Virus record (IMG/VR): IMGVR_UViG_3300045988_110028
Source: a virus
Length of the DNA: 41,239 nucleotides
Strand: one strand, 5' to 3'
This document shows positions 27,653-36,895 of the stretch, in pieces. Each line of letters begins with the position of its first letter. Position 1 is the first letter of the stretch. The position numbers and the translations under genes are program-made. The notes below the pieces were generated by a model. It saw only the letters and a list, made by a program, of their open reading frames with translations. It did not search any database and was not told the origin of the DNA.

Positions 27653-28740
27653 GTTTTGCGAGTGCTGCCCTTGGGGCGGCGGTAGAAACCACGCTGGCTA
27701 AGCAGTGGGGCGCCGACAAGGCAAATCCCAATGCCAAGCCGAAACTGACGCGATCTAACGGTGCTCTCTGGCTTAGAAAGTACAAGATCCTGATCACGGA
27801 TAAGAATGATGAAGAAGCGCTGAAGGTGTCCGATCTGCACTGCACCTTCGAGGTGCACAAGAAAAGAGACCGAGGCGGCTTCTATGCCATCGTCCGTATC
27901 TATAATCTGAATTCCGACACCGAGGATAAGCTGGTCATGGAAGGAGACAGGCTGATCATCGAGGCGGGGTATCAAGCGGAGCAGGCGGAAACGTCCAAGG
28001 ATGATGCAGGGAATGAGGTCAAGACGACCGTCGACTTGCAGTATGGAAAGATATTCGATGGGAAGATCATATGGCCATCGCGATCGCGCGATTCTAATAC
28101 AGACTACGCCCTAACGCTCATGGCCATCGATGGTGACCAGCAGCTGAACCTTAATTTCATCTCCAAGACAGTGAACCGAGGATTGAATTCCCGGAAAATT
28201 ATCGAGACTGTGGCGAATGACAGTGAAGAGAAGACACCGGTGAATCAGGTATCGGATGGACTGTCGGATCAGGCGCTTCCAAGGGGCAAGGTGTTTTTTG
28301 GCCGTCCCTATGACTACATACAGAATGTGTGCCGTGGTAACGCGGCCTCTTTTTATGTAGAAGACGGAAAGCTAAACATCGTCCGCCTGCAGGATGTGGG
28401 AAAGGATGAAGCGATCGTCGTATCCCCGGAGACCGGGCTTGTCGGGACTCCGCAGCAGGTACAATTCGGGCTGTCATTCAAGATTCTTCTGAATCCGGCC
28501 ATCCACCTGCAGTCGCTTATCAAACTAAAAAATGTGCAGGCGAATGAGGCGAGCGTGACACCCGGACAGCAGCAGGCTCCGCTGGATGATGAGTGGATTT
28601 ACCAAGTCATGGAACTGACGCACGTCGGAGATACCCGTGGGAACGAATGGTACACGGAAATTCAGGGAATATCCCGTTACGGGAAGGGCTCACTGGCGGC
28701 CTTATTGGGGAACAGTGGGCAGAATGGGAATGGGGTGTGA
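27649..28740 (+). CDS. baseplate hub protein (gpD / XkdQ-like late control D family)
   Basis: 363 aa. Size and position match gpD-like hubs of small contractile-tail phages. Confidence 0.5.
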   Translation: MSFASAALGAAVETTLAKQWGADKANPNAKPKLTRSNGALWLRKYKILITDKNDEEALKVSDLHCTFEVHKKRDRGGFYAIVRIYNLNSDTEDKLVMEGDRLIIEAGYQAEQAETSKDDAGNEVKTTVDLQYGKIFDGKIIWPSRSRDSNTDYALTLMAIDGDQQLNLNFISKTVNRGLNSRKIIETVANDSEEKTPVNQVSDGLSDQALPRGKVFFGRPYDYIQNVCRGNAASFYVEDGKLNIVRLQDVGKDEAIVVSPETGLVGTPQQVQFGLSFKILLNPAIHLQSLIKLKNVQANEASVTPGQQQAPLDDEWIYQVMELTHVGDTRGNEWYTEIQGISRYGKGSLAALLGNSGQNGNGV

Positions 28741-28742
28741 TA

Positions 28743-29291
28743 ATGATACCTTTGACAGAGCTTGCGCCCGACAGGCGCAAAAATCGCGAAAATTTCGCTC
28801 GCGAGAGGGAAAACAATCTGCGTGTGGCCTGCCCGGGGATCATCCAATCGTTTGATCCGAAGGAGCAGACGGTCACTGTGCAGCCTGCAATCCGAGAGAA
28901 GCGGCTAACCTCGGAAGGGGAAGAGCGCTGGGTGGATCTCCCCCCACTCGTTGATGTTCCTGTGGTATTTCCAAGGGCGGGCGGCTATGTGCTGACATTC
29001 CCTGTGAAGCCGGGCGATGAATGTCTGGTCATCTTTGGCGATGCCTGCATGGATGCCTGGTGGCAGTCGGGCGGTGTGCAGAATCAGATCGACTGCCGCC
29101 GGCATGATCTCTCAGACGGATACGCCATCCCTGGTCCATGGAGTCAGCCTCGCACCATCCCGGGGTACAGTACCGGATCCGTGCAGCTCCGGAATGAATC
29201 CGGAGCTGCGTATGTGGAAATCGCTGGCGATGCCATCAACATCGTCGGCGGCACCATCAACATCAAGGGAGGGACGGTGAATATCAATTGA
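28743..29291 (+). CDS. baseplate spike protein (gpV-like OB-fold)
   Basis: VKPGDECLVIFGDACMDAWWQSG resembles the gpV N-terminal motif. Immediately upstream of the PAAR protein. Confidence 0.55.
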   Translation: MIPLTELAPDRRKNRENFARERENNLRVACPGIIQSFDPKEQTVTVQPAIREKRLTSEGEERWVDLPPLVDVPVVFPRAGGYVLTFPVKPGDECLVIFGDACMDAWWQSGGVQNQIDCRRHDLSDGYAIPGPWSQPRTIPGYSTGSVQLRNESGAAYVEIAGDAINIVGGTINIKGGTVNIN

Positions 29292-29578
29292 GTCAGGCGA
29301 CACGACTGGGAGACAAAGACACAGGACATGATGCCTGCCCGCCGACGGCTCTCGTTACTGCGTCCTCGGATGTGTTCATCAATGGCAAGGGGGCGGCTCG
29401 CGTTGGGGATATCTATGCGCCGCACGGATGTAATGTACATGCCCCCCATTCTGGGGTGATTGCTTCCGGGAGTAGCTCTGTATTTATTAACGGGAAGCCT
29501 GCTGCCCGGGTGGGGGATAGAGTCTCCTGCGGCGGGGCGGCTGCCGAAGGCTCTTCGAATGTGTTTATAGGAGGCTAG
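29288..29578 (+). CDS. PAAR-repeat spike-tip protein
   Basis: Two PAAR-like repeats GKGAARVGD and GKPAARVGD with conserved His/Cys. TTG start overlapping the upstream stop. Confidence 0.75.
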   Translation: MSQATRLGDKDTGHDACPPTALVTASSDVFINGKGAARVGDIYAPHGCNVHAPHSGVIASGSSSVFINGKPAARVGDRVSCGGAAAEGSSNVFIGG

Positions 29579-29580
29579 CT

Positions 29581-29952
29581 ATGATTTACCGCATGTTAGA
29601 CGCCGATGGTGACTACGTATTCGGAAGGAGCAAGCATGCTTATCTCGAAGGCGTGGAAGCTGTCGCGCAGGCCATCAAGACACGACTCCGCCTGCTCTAT
29701 GCGGAGTGGTGGGAGGATCGAGAGGACGGTCTGCCCCTTTTTGAGAAGATTCTGGCATCCTCGGGCAGCCAATCCAACACAGCGGCGGTGGATTTCCTTT
29801 TCAAGGAACGCATCTCCGGGACGAAAGGTGTGCTCTCGATTCTTGGATATGATTCAACCTATGACAATGACACTCGAAAATACACGTTCCGCGCCGTAGT
29901 AGAGAGCATGTACGGAACGCTCATTATATCGAATCTGGGAGGAACAGAATGA
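29581..29952 (+). CDS. baseplate wedge protein gpW/gp25-like
   Basis: 123 aa. Position between PAAR and baseplate J. RBS ataggaggctagct-ATG. Confidence 0.6.
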   Translation: MIYRMLDADGDYVFGRSKHAYLEGVEAVAQAIKTRLRLLYAEWWEDREDGLPLFEKILASSGSQSNTAAVDFLFKERISGTKGVLSILGYDSTYDNDTRKYTFRAVVESMYGTLIISNLGGTE

Positions 29953-31139
29953 GTTACTTTGCTCCTTATGTTGACGGCTCAGGACTTCACATGCCGACCT
30001 ATCAGGATATTTTGGACGACATGATCGCAAGTATGAAAAAGATCTACGGATCGGAAATCTACCTTGGAAACGATAGTGCGGATTATCAGTTTCTATCCAT
30101 CCTTGCGCTGAAGGTGGCCGACAGTTACCAGGCGGTGCAGTATGCTTACAATTCCAGAAGCCCGACGACTGCGATCGGAGCAGCGCTTGACTCCGTAGTA
30201 ATGCTGAACGGCATTTACCGTAAACCTGCAGGTTTCTCGACCTGTGAACTCTACATCACGGGCACGGCCTTCACGGAAATCAAAAATGGCAGCGTCAAGG
30301 ATGCTACTGGGAATGTGTGGAATCTGCCGGCGTCTGTGGTGATCGGATCGGACGGCAGCGTGCTTTCCACAGCCACCTGCAGCGTGGATGGCGCCATCAC
30401 AGCACTTCCGGGTGACATTACGCAGATCAACACCCCGACCATGGGATGGAAGGCGGTCGAAAACAAAGTGTCAGCCATCCCCGGCAATGCCGTCGAAACG
30501 GACGGAGAGCTTCGAAATCGGCAGACCATTTCGGTATCGAACCCGTCTCAGACCATGCTGGCCGGGACGCTCGGTGCACTCCGTGCGCTGAAGAATGTGG
30601 CTCGCGTGTCGGTCTACGAGAATGACACCAACATCTCGGCCGTGGATGAGGAGAATAATCCCTTTGGCCTGCCGCCACACTCAATCACCTGCGTAGTCGA
30701 AGGTGGCGATGATAACGAAATCGCGGAGTCGATTCTTTACCATAAAGGGATCGGCTGCTATACGAATGGCACGAAGGTGGTCAAGGTCAAAGACCAGAAT
30801 GAATACATCAATACCGTCCGTTTTTATCGGCCAATCTATGTGCCGATCCATGTGCACGTGAGGATTAAAAAGTACACCGGCTATATCTCCAGTCTGTCAT
30901 CGACCGTAAAAAGTGCGATTTACGACTATATTAAAGGACTGGAAATTGGACGTGACGTGTCCATTTCTATGCTGACCGGCGTCGTTGTGAGCTGTAACCC
31001 CATCCCGAGCAAGCCGCTGTTCGGCATCTCTTCCATCACGATCGGCCGCTCGGCTGGATCCATGACAGCGGGAGACGTAGATATCAATTACAACGAGGTA
31101 GCAAGCCCCGACTATAGTTTCATCGAGGTAGAATCATGA
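29949..31139 (+). CDS. baseplate J-like protein
   Basis: 396 aa. Size, sequence and position typical of XkdT / gpJ. Confidence 0.75.
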   Translation: MSYFAPYVDGSGLHMPTYQDILDDMIASMKKIYGSEIYLGNDSADYQFLSILALKVADSYQAVQYAYNSRSPTTAIGAALDSVVMLNGIYRKPAGFSTCELYITGTAFTEIKNGSVKDATGNVWNLPASVVIGSDGSVLSTATCSVDGAITALPGDITQINTPTMGWKAVENKVSAIPGNAVETDGELRNRQTISVSNPSQTMLAGTLGALRALKNVARVSVYENDTNISAVDEENNPFGLPPHSITCVVEGGDDNEIAESILYHKGIGCYTNGTKVVKVKDQNEYINTVRFYRPIYVPIHVHVRIKKYTGYISSLSSTVKSAIYDYIKGLEIGRDVSISMLTGVVVSCNPIPSKPLFGISSITIGRSAGSMTAGDVDINYNEVASPDYSFIEVES

Positions 31140-31885
31140 TTACACCGACGAAGGAATACTACAGGGAGCTCATCACTTCAGAATACCGCCTTGCTCCGCG
31201 CTTCAATGACATGGTGCGCAAGATGGTGGACTATAACTGCGAGCTGGATACATTCATTCTGAAGGTCGTGGACATGTTCGACTTGGAAACCGCCCATGAT
31301 GACCAGCTCGATATCATCGGTTACTGCGTCGGTGCGTCTCGCGATCTGGATTTTGAACCAACGCCGCTGGGCCGAGGAGACATCATCTGTCCGACACCGG
31401 AAGAAATGGAAAAGGACAGCGGCGATGAATCGGTCTATACCGTGTACCCGACACCTACCCCGGTGAATATGGCGGAATCAGACTTTATTAAAGGTTATTC
31501 TCCGGCGGATATCGAAGATGCTCCCCTGATCACGGACGCCGTCTTCCGCACGATGATCAAAGCAAGAATCGTACAGAATGTGTGGAAGGGGAACGTACTC
31601 GAGCTTTACGAAATGTGGGCGAATCTGTTTCCGGAGAATCTGGGTATACAGATCCAGGATCTGCAGGACATGTCTTACAATATCGTACTTGTTGGTCAGT
31701 ACACAGGTCTCATGCGCGAGCTCATCATGCATGGTTATATCATCCCGAAACCGGAAGGCGTCCGTATTAACACACTCGCCTTTATCGATACAAGCGGCAT
31801 GCCGATCTTTGCATACGATTACAATACTCTCAACTATAGCGGCTATAAGTCACATTGGTTGCAGGTTATGAAAACGGAGGGGTAA
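31136..31885 (+). CDS. tail protein gpI / XkdU-like (DUF2313)
   Basis: 249 aa following baseplate J. Confidence 0.55.
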   Translation: MITPTKEYYRELITSEYRLAPRFNDMVRKMVDYNCELDTFILKVVDMFDLETAHDDQLDIIGYCVGASRDLDFEPTPLGRGDIICPTPEEMEKDSGDESVYTVYPTPTPVNMAESDFIKGYSPADIEDAPLITDAVFRTMIKARIVQNVWKGNVLELYEMWANLFPENLGIQIQDLQDMSYNIVLVGQYTGLMRELIMHGYIIPKPEGVRINTLAFIDTSGMPIFAYDYNTLNYSGYKSHWLQVMKTEG

Positions 31886-31888
31886 TGA

Positions 31889-32761
31889 ATGGCCAAATCT
31901 AATTTTAAGGTATTTGCGGAAGGCGTCGCCCCTGCAAATATCCAGTCAGACAATGAATACGAGGCAGACACACAACGCGTCTCCGGCGTGGTGCCGGGCA
32001 TTGCTGTTCCTTCGCTTCACAACAAGATTTATAAGCAGGCGACGATCATGGCTGCGGCCATAGCGCAGGCCATCGTACAGGCTGGGTTCGATGCGATGGA
32101 TGATGACTATACCGGCCTCGTCGCGAATCTACGTAAAACTTTTGCAGGCTCGGTGAATAGCATCAAACCGGACGCGAATGGGAATATCGACCTCACGTCC
32201 GTCCTTGAGAACATCCGGCGAATGACCTATCCCAGGATCGGCGACGTCATCATGACGAAGAATCCCGAAAATCCATCCGTTAAATACACCGGCACAACAT
32301 GGGAACTCCTCGAAGAAAAGACCTTTATTATGTCCGCTGGGAATACTGCAAAAGTGGGCGAAAAGGGTGGAAGCAATACTCACACGAGTACTGTATCCGA
32401 GATGCCATCGCACACCCATGGATATACGATGGGTTTAGCAGGCGGGCATGACCATGATCGGGGGAATATGGATATAGCAGGTGAATTTAATGCAGATGAT
32501 TCAGCATTTGGACGACATGCGGATAGTACACCCACTTCTGGTGCATTTTTTCAGGGAAGAAGCGTTGATTTCGATCAAAAATCCACTGTCGGCGGTGGTG
32601 GTGCTCGTATGCGTTTCTTAGCTTCCCGTGCTTGGACTGGACGTACATCTTACGCCGCAGCACATAATCACTCTCTTTCGATCAATGCTACAGGCAGCGG
32701 ACAGGAGTGGGACAGCCGTCCGAAGTACATTGCATTATACATTTGGATTCGTACAGAATAA
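31889..32761 (+). CDS. tail fiber protein with phage tail-collar (MdpB-like) domain
   Basis: GSNTHTSTVSEMPSHTHGY...AHNHSL and the C-terminal PKYIALYIWIRTE match tail-collar domain signatures. Confidence 0.7.
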   Translation: MAKSNFKVFAEGVAPANIQSDNEYEADTQRVSGVVPGIAVPSLHNKIYKQATIMAAAIAQAIVQAGFDAMDDDYTGLVANLRKTFAGSVNSIKPDANGNIDLTSVLENIRRMTYPRIGDVIMTKNPENPSVKYTGTTWELLEEKTFIMSAGNTAKVGEKGGSNTHTSTVSEMPSHTHGYTMGLAGGHDHDRGNMDIAGEFNADDSAFGRHADSTPTSGAFFQGRSVDFDQKSTVGGGGARMRFLASRAWTGRTSYAAAHNHSLSINATGSGQEWDSRPKYIALYIWIRTE

Positions 32762-32773
32762 TAAGGAGGAATC

Positions 32774-34420
32774 ATGGCGGTAGAAACGAATGCGCGCATA
32801 GAATTTTCCGTCGCCTCTGTAGCGGAATGGGAAAAAGTAAATCCCAAGCTCCATCAGGGCGAGCCAGTTTTTGCAAAGAAACCAAGCGGCAAGTACATTC
32901 TGAAAGTCGGGGCACCTGGCGGGAGCACCTACAAAAATGCCGTCGTCGTATGGGATCAGGACGATGCAGAAACAAAAATGACAAGCACACAGGAGGCGGC
33001 TGCGCAGGCGCTTGCCTCCAAGAATGCAGCGTCCTTGAGCGCGAGTGCGGCCAAGGCTAGCGAGAACGCTGCGGCCGCCTCCAAGAGTGCGGCGGCAATG
33101 AGCGCGGAGAATGCCAAGACTAGCGAGACGAATGCAGCTGATTCCAAGACCGCCGCTGCGAATAGCGCAAGCATCGCCAGCGCTAAGGCCACAGCAGCAG
33201 GAAATAGCGCCAGCGCAGCGGCCACCAGCGAGAAGAATGCCGCCAGCTCCGCCAACGCAGCTTCGAACAGTGAAAGCAATGCGCTGAAAAGTGCAAGTGC
33301 GGCGAATACCAGTGCTGGCAACGCCAAGGGCAGTGAGACGAATTCGTCCGCGAGTGCGAGTGCGGCCAAGACTAGCGAGAACGCTGCGGCCGCCTCCAAG
33401 AGTGCGGCGGCAATGAGCGCGGAGAATGCCAAGACTAGCGAGACAAATGCAGCCGCGAGTGCCAATACAGCCAAGGCGTGGTCGATGTCAGATAGTAGTC
33501 CTGATGGAATAATTGGTAATAAGTCATCTAAGACTTGGGCAGAAGAAGCAAAGACCTCTGCAAGTAACTCTGCTGCTTCTGCTAGTGCTTCTGCGTCCAG
33601 TGCTTCTGCGAGTGCCTCCGCTGCGACTAATGCATCTAACAGTGCAAATGCGTCTAAACAGAGTGCTAGTGCAAGTGCTAATAGTGCTTCTGCATCTGCT
33701 TCTTCGGCTTCTGATTCAGCTACCAGCGCGTCTAATGCGAAAATTAGTGAAACTAATGCAGCTAAAAGTGCTAGTGCAGCAGCTCAGAGTGCAGAAAATG
33801 CAAAGACATGGGATCCTACGCAATACGTCCAGTCCGTTACAGAATCGAACGGCAAAGTAACTGTCACAAAAGGTGGCGGTGAGAGTACAACGTTTAATGC
33901 AGGGCTTAACATTCTTGCTCGAAACAAAGCATATTCCGTCGGTGATATTGCATATTCACCTAACCTTCCTTCTTACCTGTATCTTGAATGTATGACTGCA
34001 GGAACCACAGGAGTAACAGAACCTGATATGTCAACCTTATCTGGTGGGGCAATAATTAAGGATGGTACAGCTCAATTTAGCGTGAAAACGGTGTGTGCGA
34101 AGGAATATGTAGATAGTGTTAGTGGAAAATTGCAAGCACAGTTTAATGATATTCAGGCAGGTGTGGCAACGCTAACAAATCTTGATTTTGAAAAAACTGA
34201 AGAATGGTATACCTCTGTAAGCGTACCTGTCAATTTTGAGGATAGTAATTATGTGGTGCAACTCACTCTAGGTACGCAGTTATATTGTAGTTTTGCTGCC
34301 CTTTCATATGATATAAAAGATTCTAAACATTTTATAATAAATATATGGGTACATGCGGCTCGGAATTCTGATTTATCAGATATATCGTATACTGTTCATT
34401 GGTTAGCAATACATAAATAA
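32774..34420 (+). CDS. tail fiber protein with Ala/Ser/Asn-rich repetitive shaft and AT-rich C-terminal distal domain
   Basis: 548 aa. Shaft has repeated ...SASAAKASENAAAASKSAAAMSAENAKTSETNAA... units. C-terminal ~300 aa have clearly lower-GC codons. Confidence 0.7.
   Translation: MAVETNARIEFSVASVAEWEKVNPKLHQGEPVFAKKPSGKYILKVGAPGGSTYKNAVVVWDQDDAETKMTSTQEAAAQALASKNAASLSASAAKASENAAAASKSAAAMSAENAKTSETNAADSKTAAANSASIASAKATAAGNSASAAATSEKNAASSANAASNSESNALKSASAANTSAGNAKGSETNSSASASAAKTSENAAAASKSAAAMSAENAKTSETNAAASANTAKAWSMSDSSPDGIIGNKSSKTWAEEAKTSASNSAASASASASSASASASAATNASNSANASKQSASASANSASASASSASDSATSASNAKISETNAAKSASAAAQSAENAKTWDPTQYVQSVTESNGKVTVTKGGGESTTFNAGLNILARNKAYSVGDIAYSPNLPSYLYLECMTAGTTGVTEPDMSTLSGGAIIKDGTAQFSVKTVCAKEYVDSVSGKLQAQFNDIQAGVATLTNLDFEKTEEWYTSVSVPVNFEDSNYVVQLTLGTQLYCSFAALSYDIKDSKHFIINIWVHAARNSDLSDISYTVHWLAIHK
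33041..33138 (+). repeat. intragenic ~98-bp direct repeat, copy 1
   Basis: gcgagtgcggccaaggctagcgagaacgctgcggccgcctccaagagtgcggcggcaatgagcgcggagaatgccaagactagcgagacgaatgcagc. Differs from copy 2 at only 2 positions. Confidence 0.85.
33356..33453 (+). repeat. intragenic ~98-bp direct repeat, copy 2
   Basis: Near-identical to copy 1 (aaggctagc becomes aagactagc, gacgaat becomes gacaaat). 315 bp downstream in the same reading frame. Confidence 0.85.
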
Positions 34421-34461
34421 GGAGATAACATGAAAACAAAAGGAAAGGAAAGGTGATTATC

Positions 34462-34710
34462 ATGGGGCCTGAGCGAAGGGCGGTTAAAGAATGGCTAAAA
34501 ACGGTGGATCGCGAAGAGCTTGACGCGATGCTTCAAGCCGCCATCTTTACCTCCGACGAGCTGAAATATATAAACATGAGACTTATTGAAGGAATGACGT
34601 TCAAAGAGATTGCTATCGACCAGTCTCTTACAAGGAAGAGCGTGGCTAGGATTGCAATGCGAATCGCGAAGAAGATGTACAAATCAGGCAGAAAACTGGG
34701 ATATTTTTAG
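34462..34710 (+). CDS. small sigma-70 region 4-like HTH protein
   Basis: ELKYINMRLIEGMTFKEIAIDQSLTRKSVARIAMRIAKKM is a region-4-type HTH. 83 aa. Sits between the fiber and the lysis genes. Confidence 0.5.
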   Translation: MGPERRAVKEWLKTVDREELDAMLQAAIFTSDELKYINMRLIEGMTFKEIAIDQSLTRKSVARIAMRIAKKMYKSGRKLGYF

Positions 34711-34773
34711 GGCTTTTGAGACACCATTCCCTTTCTCGTTTCATCTACAATGGAATCGTAAGGAGGGGATACC

Positions 34774-34884
34774 ATGTACGGAGAATTCTATCCAACAGGT
34801 TACTACGGAGCAACGCCTCAAATGCAGGATCGGCTGGCTATGCTCGAACAGCAGCGGCAGATGCAGCGTCCGCCTCAGCCATGA
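34774..34884 (+). CDS. small protein (36 aa; XkdX-position)
   Basis: Strong RBS taaggaggggatacc-ATG. MYGEFYPTGYYGATPQMQDRLAMLEQQRQMQRPPQP. Below the ORF-track cutoff. Confidence 0.35.
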   Translation: MYGEFYPTGYYGATPQMQDRLAMLEQQRQMQRPPQP

Positions 34885-35028
34885 CCGTTCGCGGGCACTT
34901 GGTGACAGGCATCGAGGAAGCACGAGCGGCACAGGTCATGCTGGACGGGACACCGTCCTATTTCTCCTCCCCGGTTGATTTAATGATTTCCAAGACCTCC
35001 ATCGGAGGTCTTTTTTATTGGAGGGACT

Positions 35029-35349
35029 ATGGACTCAGCTTTATTTTCTTTTCTCCTGCATGTCATGTACTCTGCGGGGGCATTTGTTTTTGGTTACGCC
35101 TGGAATAAATCGCGCAGCTTGGCACGGCGGCAGGAGGGCGTCGAGCAGGGGACGCGTATACTTCTTAAGATGAATCTTATCCGAATTCATCGCGCATCGT
35201 CGAAGCAGGGGTGCATCACCTACGATGACGCAGCGCTAGCGGAGGAAATCTATAACGCCTATCACGCACTTGGTGGTAATGGATCCGGAACTCATATGCT
35301 GGCAGATATTAAAAAGATGAGGATGGTGGGTAACGATGGAAAAGTTTAA
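35029..35349 (+). CDS. putative holin-like membrane protein (N-terminal TM)
   Basis: LFSFLLHVMYSAGAFVFGYAW hydrophobic segment. RBS ttggagggact-ATG. In the lysis cassette. Confidence 0.4.
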   Translation: MDSALFSFLLHVMYSAGAFVFGYAWNKSRSLARRQEGVEQGTRILLKMNLIRIHRASSKQGCITYDDAALAEEIYNAYHALGGNGSGTHMLADIKKMRMVGNDGKV

Positions 35350-35704
35350 ATGGCTGATCGAACGGATCAATCGTGAGCGGAAGCGTACTCGGGAGGCGAA
35401 GTCGTCCATGCGAATTGTGTGGTTCTACGGCATCGGTCTTGCACTGATCAGCGCGCTCCTCGTGGGCGGATGGGTATACCAGTGGATGCTGACCGGCCAT
35501 CCCGACCTTCCGCTCCTGGTGTCCTATTTCAAAGAATACACGGCAGCCTCGGTCGTGGCTGCCGTAACCTTTCTTTCCGTATTTAATGTCGATAAAAATA
35601 ATGACGGGCGACCGGATGCCGCGGAGCTTCAGGCCAAGAAACCCAAGGATCCCCCCAAGGTTCAATTCCCGTCCGTTCCCAAGAAGGAGGTTACCCATGA
35701 CTAG
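35336..35704 (+). CDS. putative holin (two TM segments)
   Basis: IVWFYGIGLALISALLVGGWVY and AASVVAAVTFLSVF segments with a charged C-terminus. Immediately upstream of the lysozyme-like gene. Confidence 0.5.
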   Translation: MEKFKWLIERINRERKRTREAKSSMRIVWFYGIGLALISALLVGGWVYQWMLTGHPDLPLLVSYFKEYTAASVVAAVTFLSVFNVDKNNDGRPDAAELQAKKPKDPPKVQFPSVPKKEVTHD

Positions 35705-36260
35705 AGAAGAACTGGCTAATGCCATTGCTGACGGCATCATTGAAGTAGGTATAGAAGGAGACTTCGATTCGGTTTCCTGCTCGACCGCAGGAGACTATCC
35801 GTCGATTGGCGTATCGCAGTGGGAAGGTGACAGAGCGGAGGACTTGCTCAGTCGTATCCCAGGAGGTGATTACTACTCTGGGCGTGCATACTCAGATATC
35901 TACTACAGCGGAGACCTCGATGGGCTGAAAGATCTGCTGAATTCTCCTGACGGCCAGTCCGCTCAGCGAGAGAAGCTGGCGGAGGACTGCTTGGACTACG
36001 TAGACGAACTGTGGGGAATTCCGAATCTGGATGACACCCGCTGCACGATCTATGCCGGGATGTGGTGCCCGACTTCTACGTCCGTGGTTTGCCGCTTCCT
36101 TGCCAACCGGCAGTGGAACTATGACCTTCGAGATCTGGACGTCCTGTGCGCGCTATTTAAATACCAGTATGCGCATGCGGCGGGCTGTGATGAGTATGCG
36201 GAAGGCTATTCGAATCGCGCCAGCGCCACTTACGATTACTGTAAAGAGCTTGATGTGTAA
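35697..36260 (+). CDS. putative endolysin (lysozyme-like; no recognisable cell-wall-binding domain)
   Basis: Position after the holins. RBS aagaaggaggttaccc-ATG. Segment SIGVSQWEG echoes the GLAQWT motif of the tape-measure lysozyme domain. Acidic 187-aa protein. The call is tentative. Confidence 0.4.
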   Translation: MTREELANAIADGIIEVGIEGDFDSVSCSTAGDYPSIGVSQWEGDRAEDLLSRIPGGDYYSGRAYSDIYYSGDLDGLKDLLNSPDGQSAQREKLAEDCLDYVDELWGIPNLDDTRCTIYAGMWCPTSTSVVCRFLANRQWNYDLRDLDVLCALFKYQYAHAAGCDEYAEGYSNRASATYDYCKELDV

Positions 36261-36415
36261 AAAATGTTATATCGAAAATATTCAATGGGGCTAAATGGCC
36301 CTGACATGCGTTGGCGGACCATTCCTTGAGTGATTTATCAAAAGGGAACCTCGAACGCCTGCTAGGGTAAAAATTCGCAATCCTTAGCGATTTGTAATAT
36401 AATTGAAGGTGTGAA

Positions 36416-36895
36416 ATGTGGAAGAAGACAAAATGCGTCTCGCTAGTTGCTGTGTTGCTGCTCTGCTCCTGCTGGCGGCCGGCTATTTCTTATTGCGAGG
36501 AGACTACGGAGCAGGAAGTAGTGATGTCGGCGGATCAATTCATGACATTGAAAGAGACGTCAGCGAAGCTCAGAGCGGAATTGACACTGCAAGAAGAGAA
36601 AATCAAAATGCTAGAGAAGAGCTCGGACGGATCCATGAAGGAATTGATAGCGCTGCAGAGCGAGCTCACCGATTGCAGGAACAGACTGCAGCAGACAGAG
36701 AGCTCCTTGGAGAAATCCGAGATGGCAATGAGCGCTGCCAAGCATTCGCTCTCGAACTTGAACGAACACTTGGAGACATTGAAAGACAAAATCAAAAAGC
36801 TCGAGCGCAAGCAGGTGATCGCAAAGAGACAGAGGGACGTGTGGGCGGCGATAGCCGTAGTGAGTCTCGGTAGGATCGTTCTTTCCGGATTATGA
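36416..36895 (+). CDS. membrane-anchored coiled-coil protein (moron); alternative frame 36418-36873 is equally open
   Basis: ATG with RBS gaaggtg. N-terminal hydrophobic VSLVAVLLLCSCW, long heptad-like coiled coil, and a C-terminal hydrophobic tail. Own promoter-like tataat upstream, terminator downstream. Confidence 0.45.
   Translation: MWKKTKCVSLVAVLLLCSCWRPAISYCEETTEQEVVMSADQFMTLKETSAKLRAELTLQEEKIKMLEKSSDGSMKELIALQSELTDCRNRLQQTESSLEKSEMAMSAAKHSLSNLNEHLETLKDKIKKLERKQVIAKRQRDVWAAIAVVSLGRIVLSGL

Noticed and set aside
33041-33453. Possible CRISPR array (repeated ~98-bp units)
   Set aside because: There are only two long copies, in frame inside a fiber gene and coding for a repeated peptide. 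There is no short repeat-spacer periodicity and no cas genes.
32956-33474. 172-aa minus-strand ORF (Ala/Leu-rich) across the fiber repeats
   Set aside because: It is the antisense of the GCN-rich Ala/Ser repeat coding region. The open frame is a compositional artefact and there is no RBS.
36418-36873. Alternative frame (GTG start) as the real moron gene
   Set aside because: It was not chosen as primary because 36416 has an ATG with a better-spaced RBS and more genome-typical G-ending codons. It is not excluded and is flagged in the findings.
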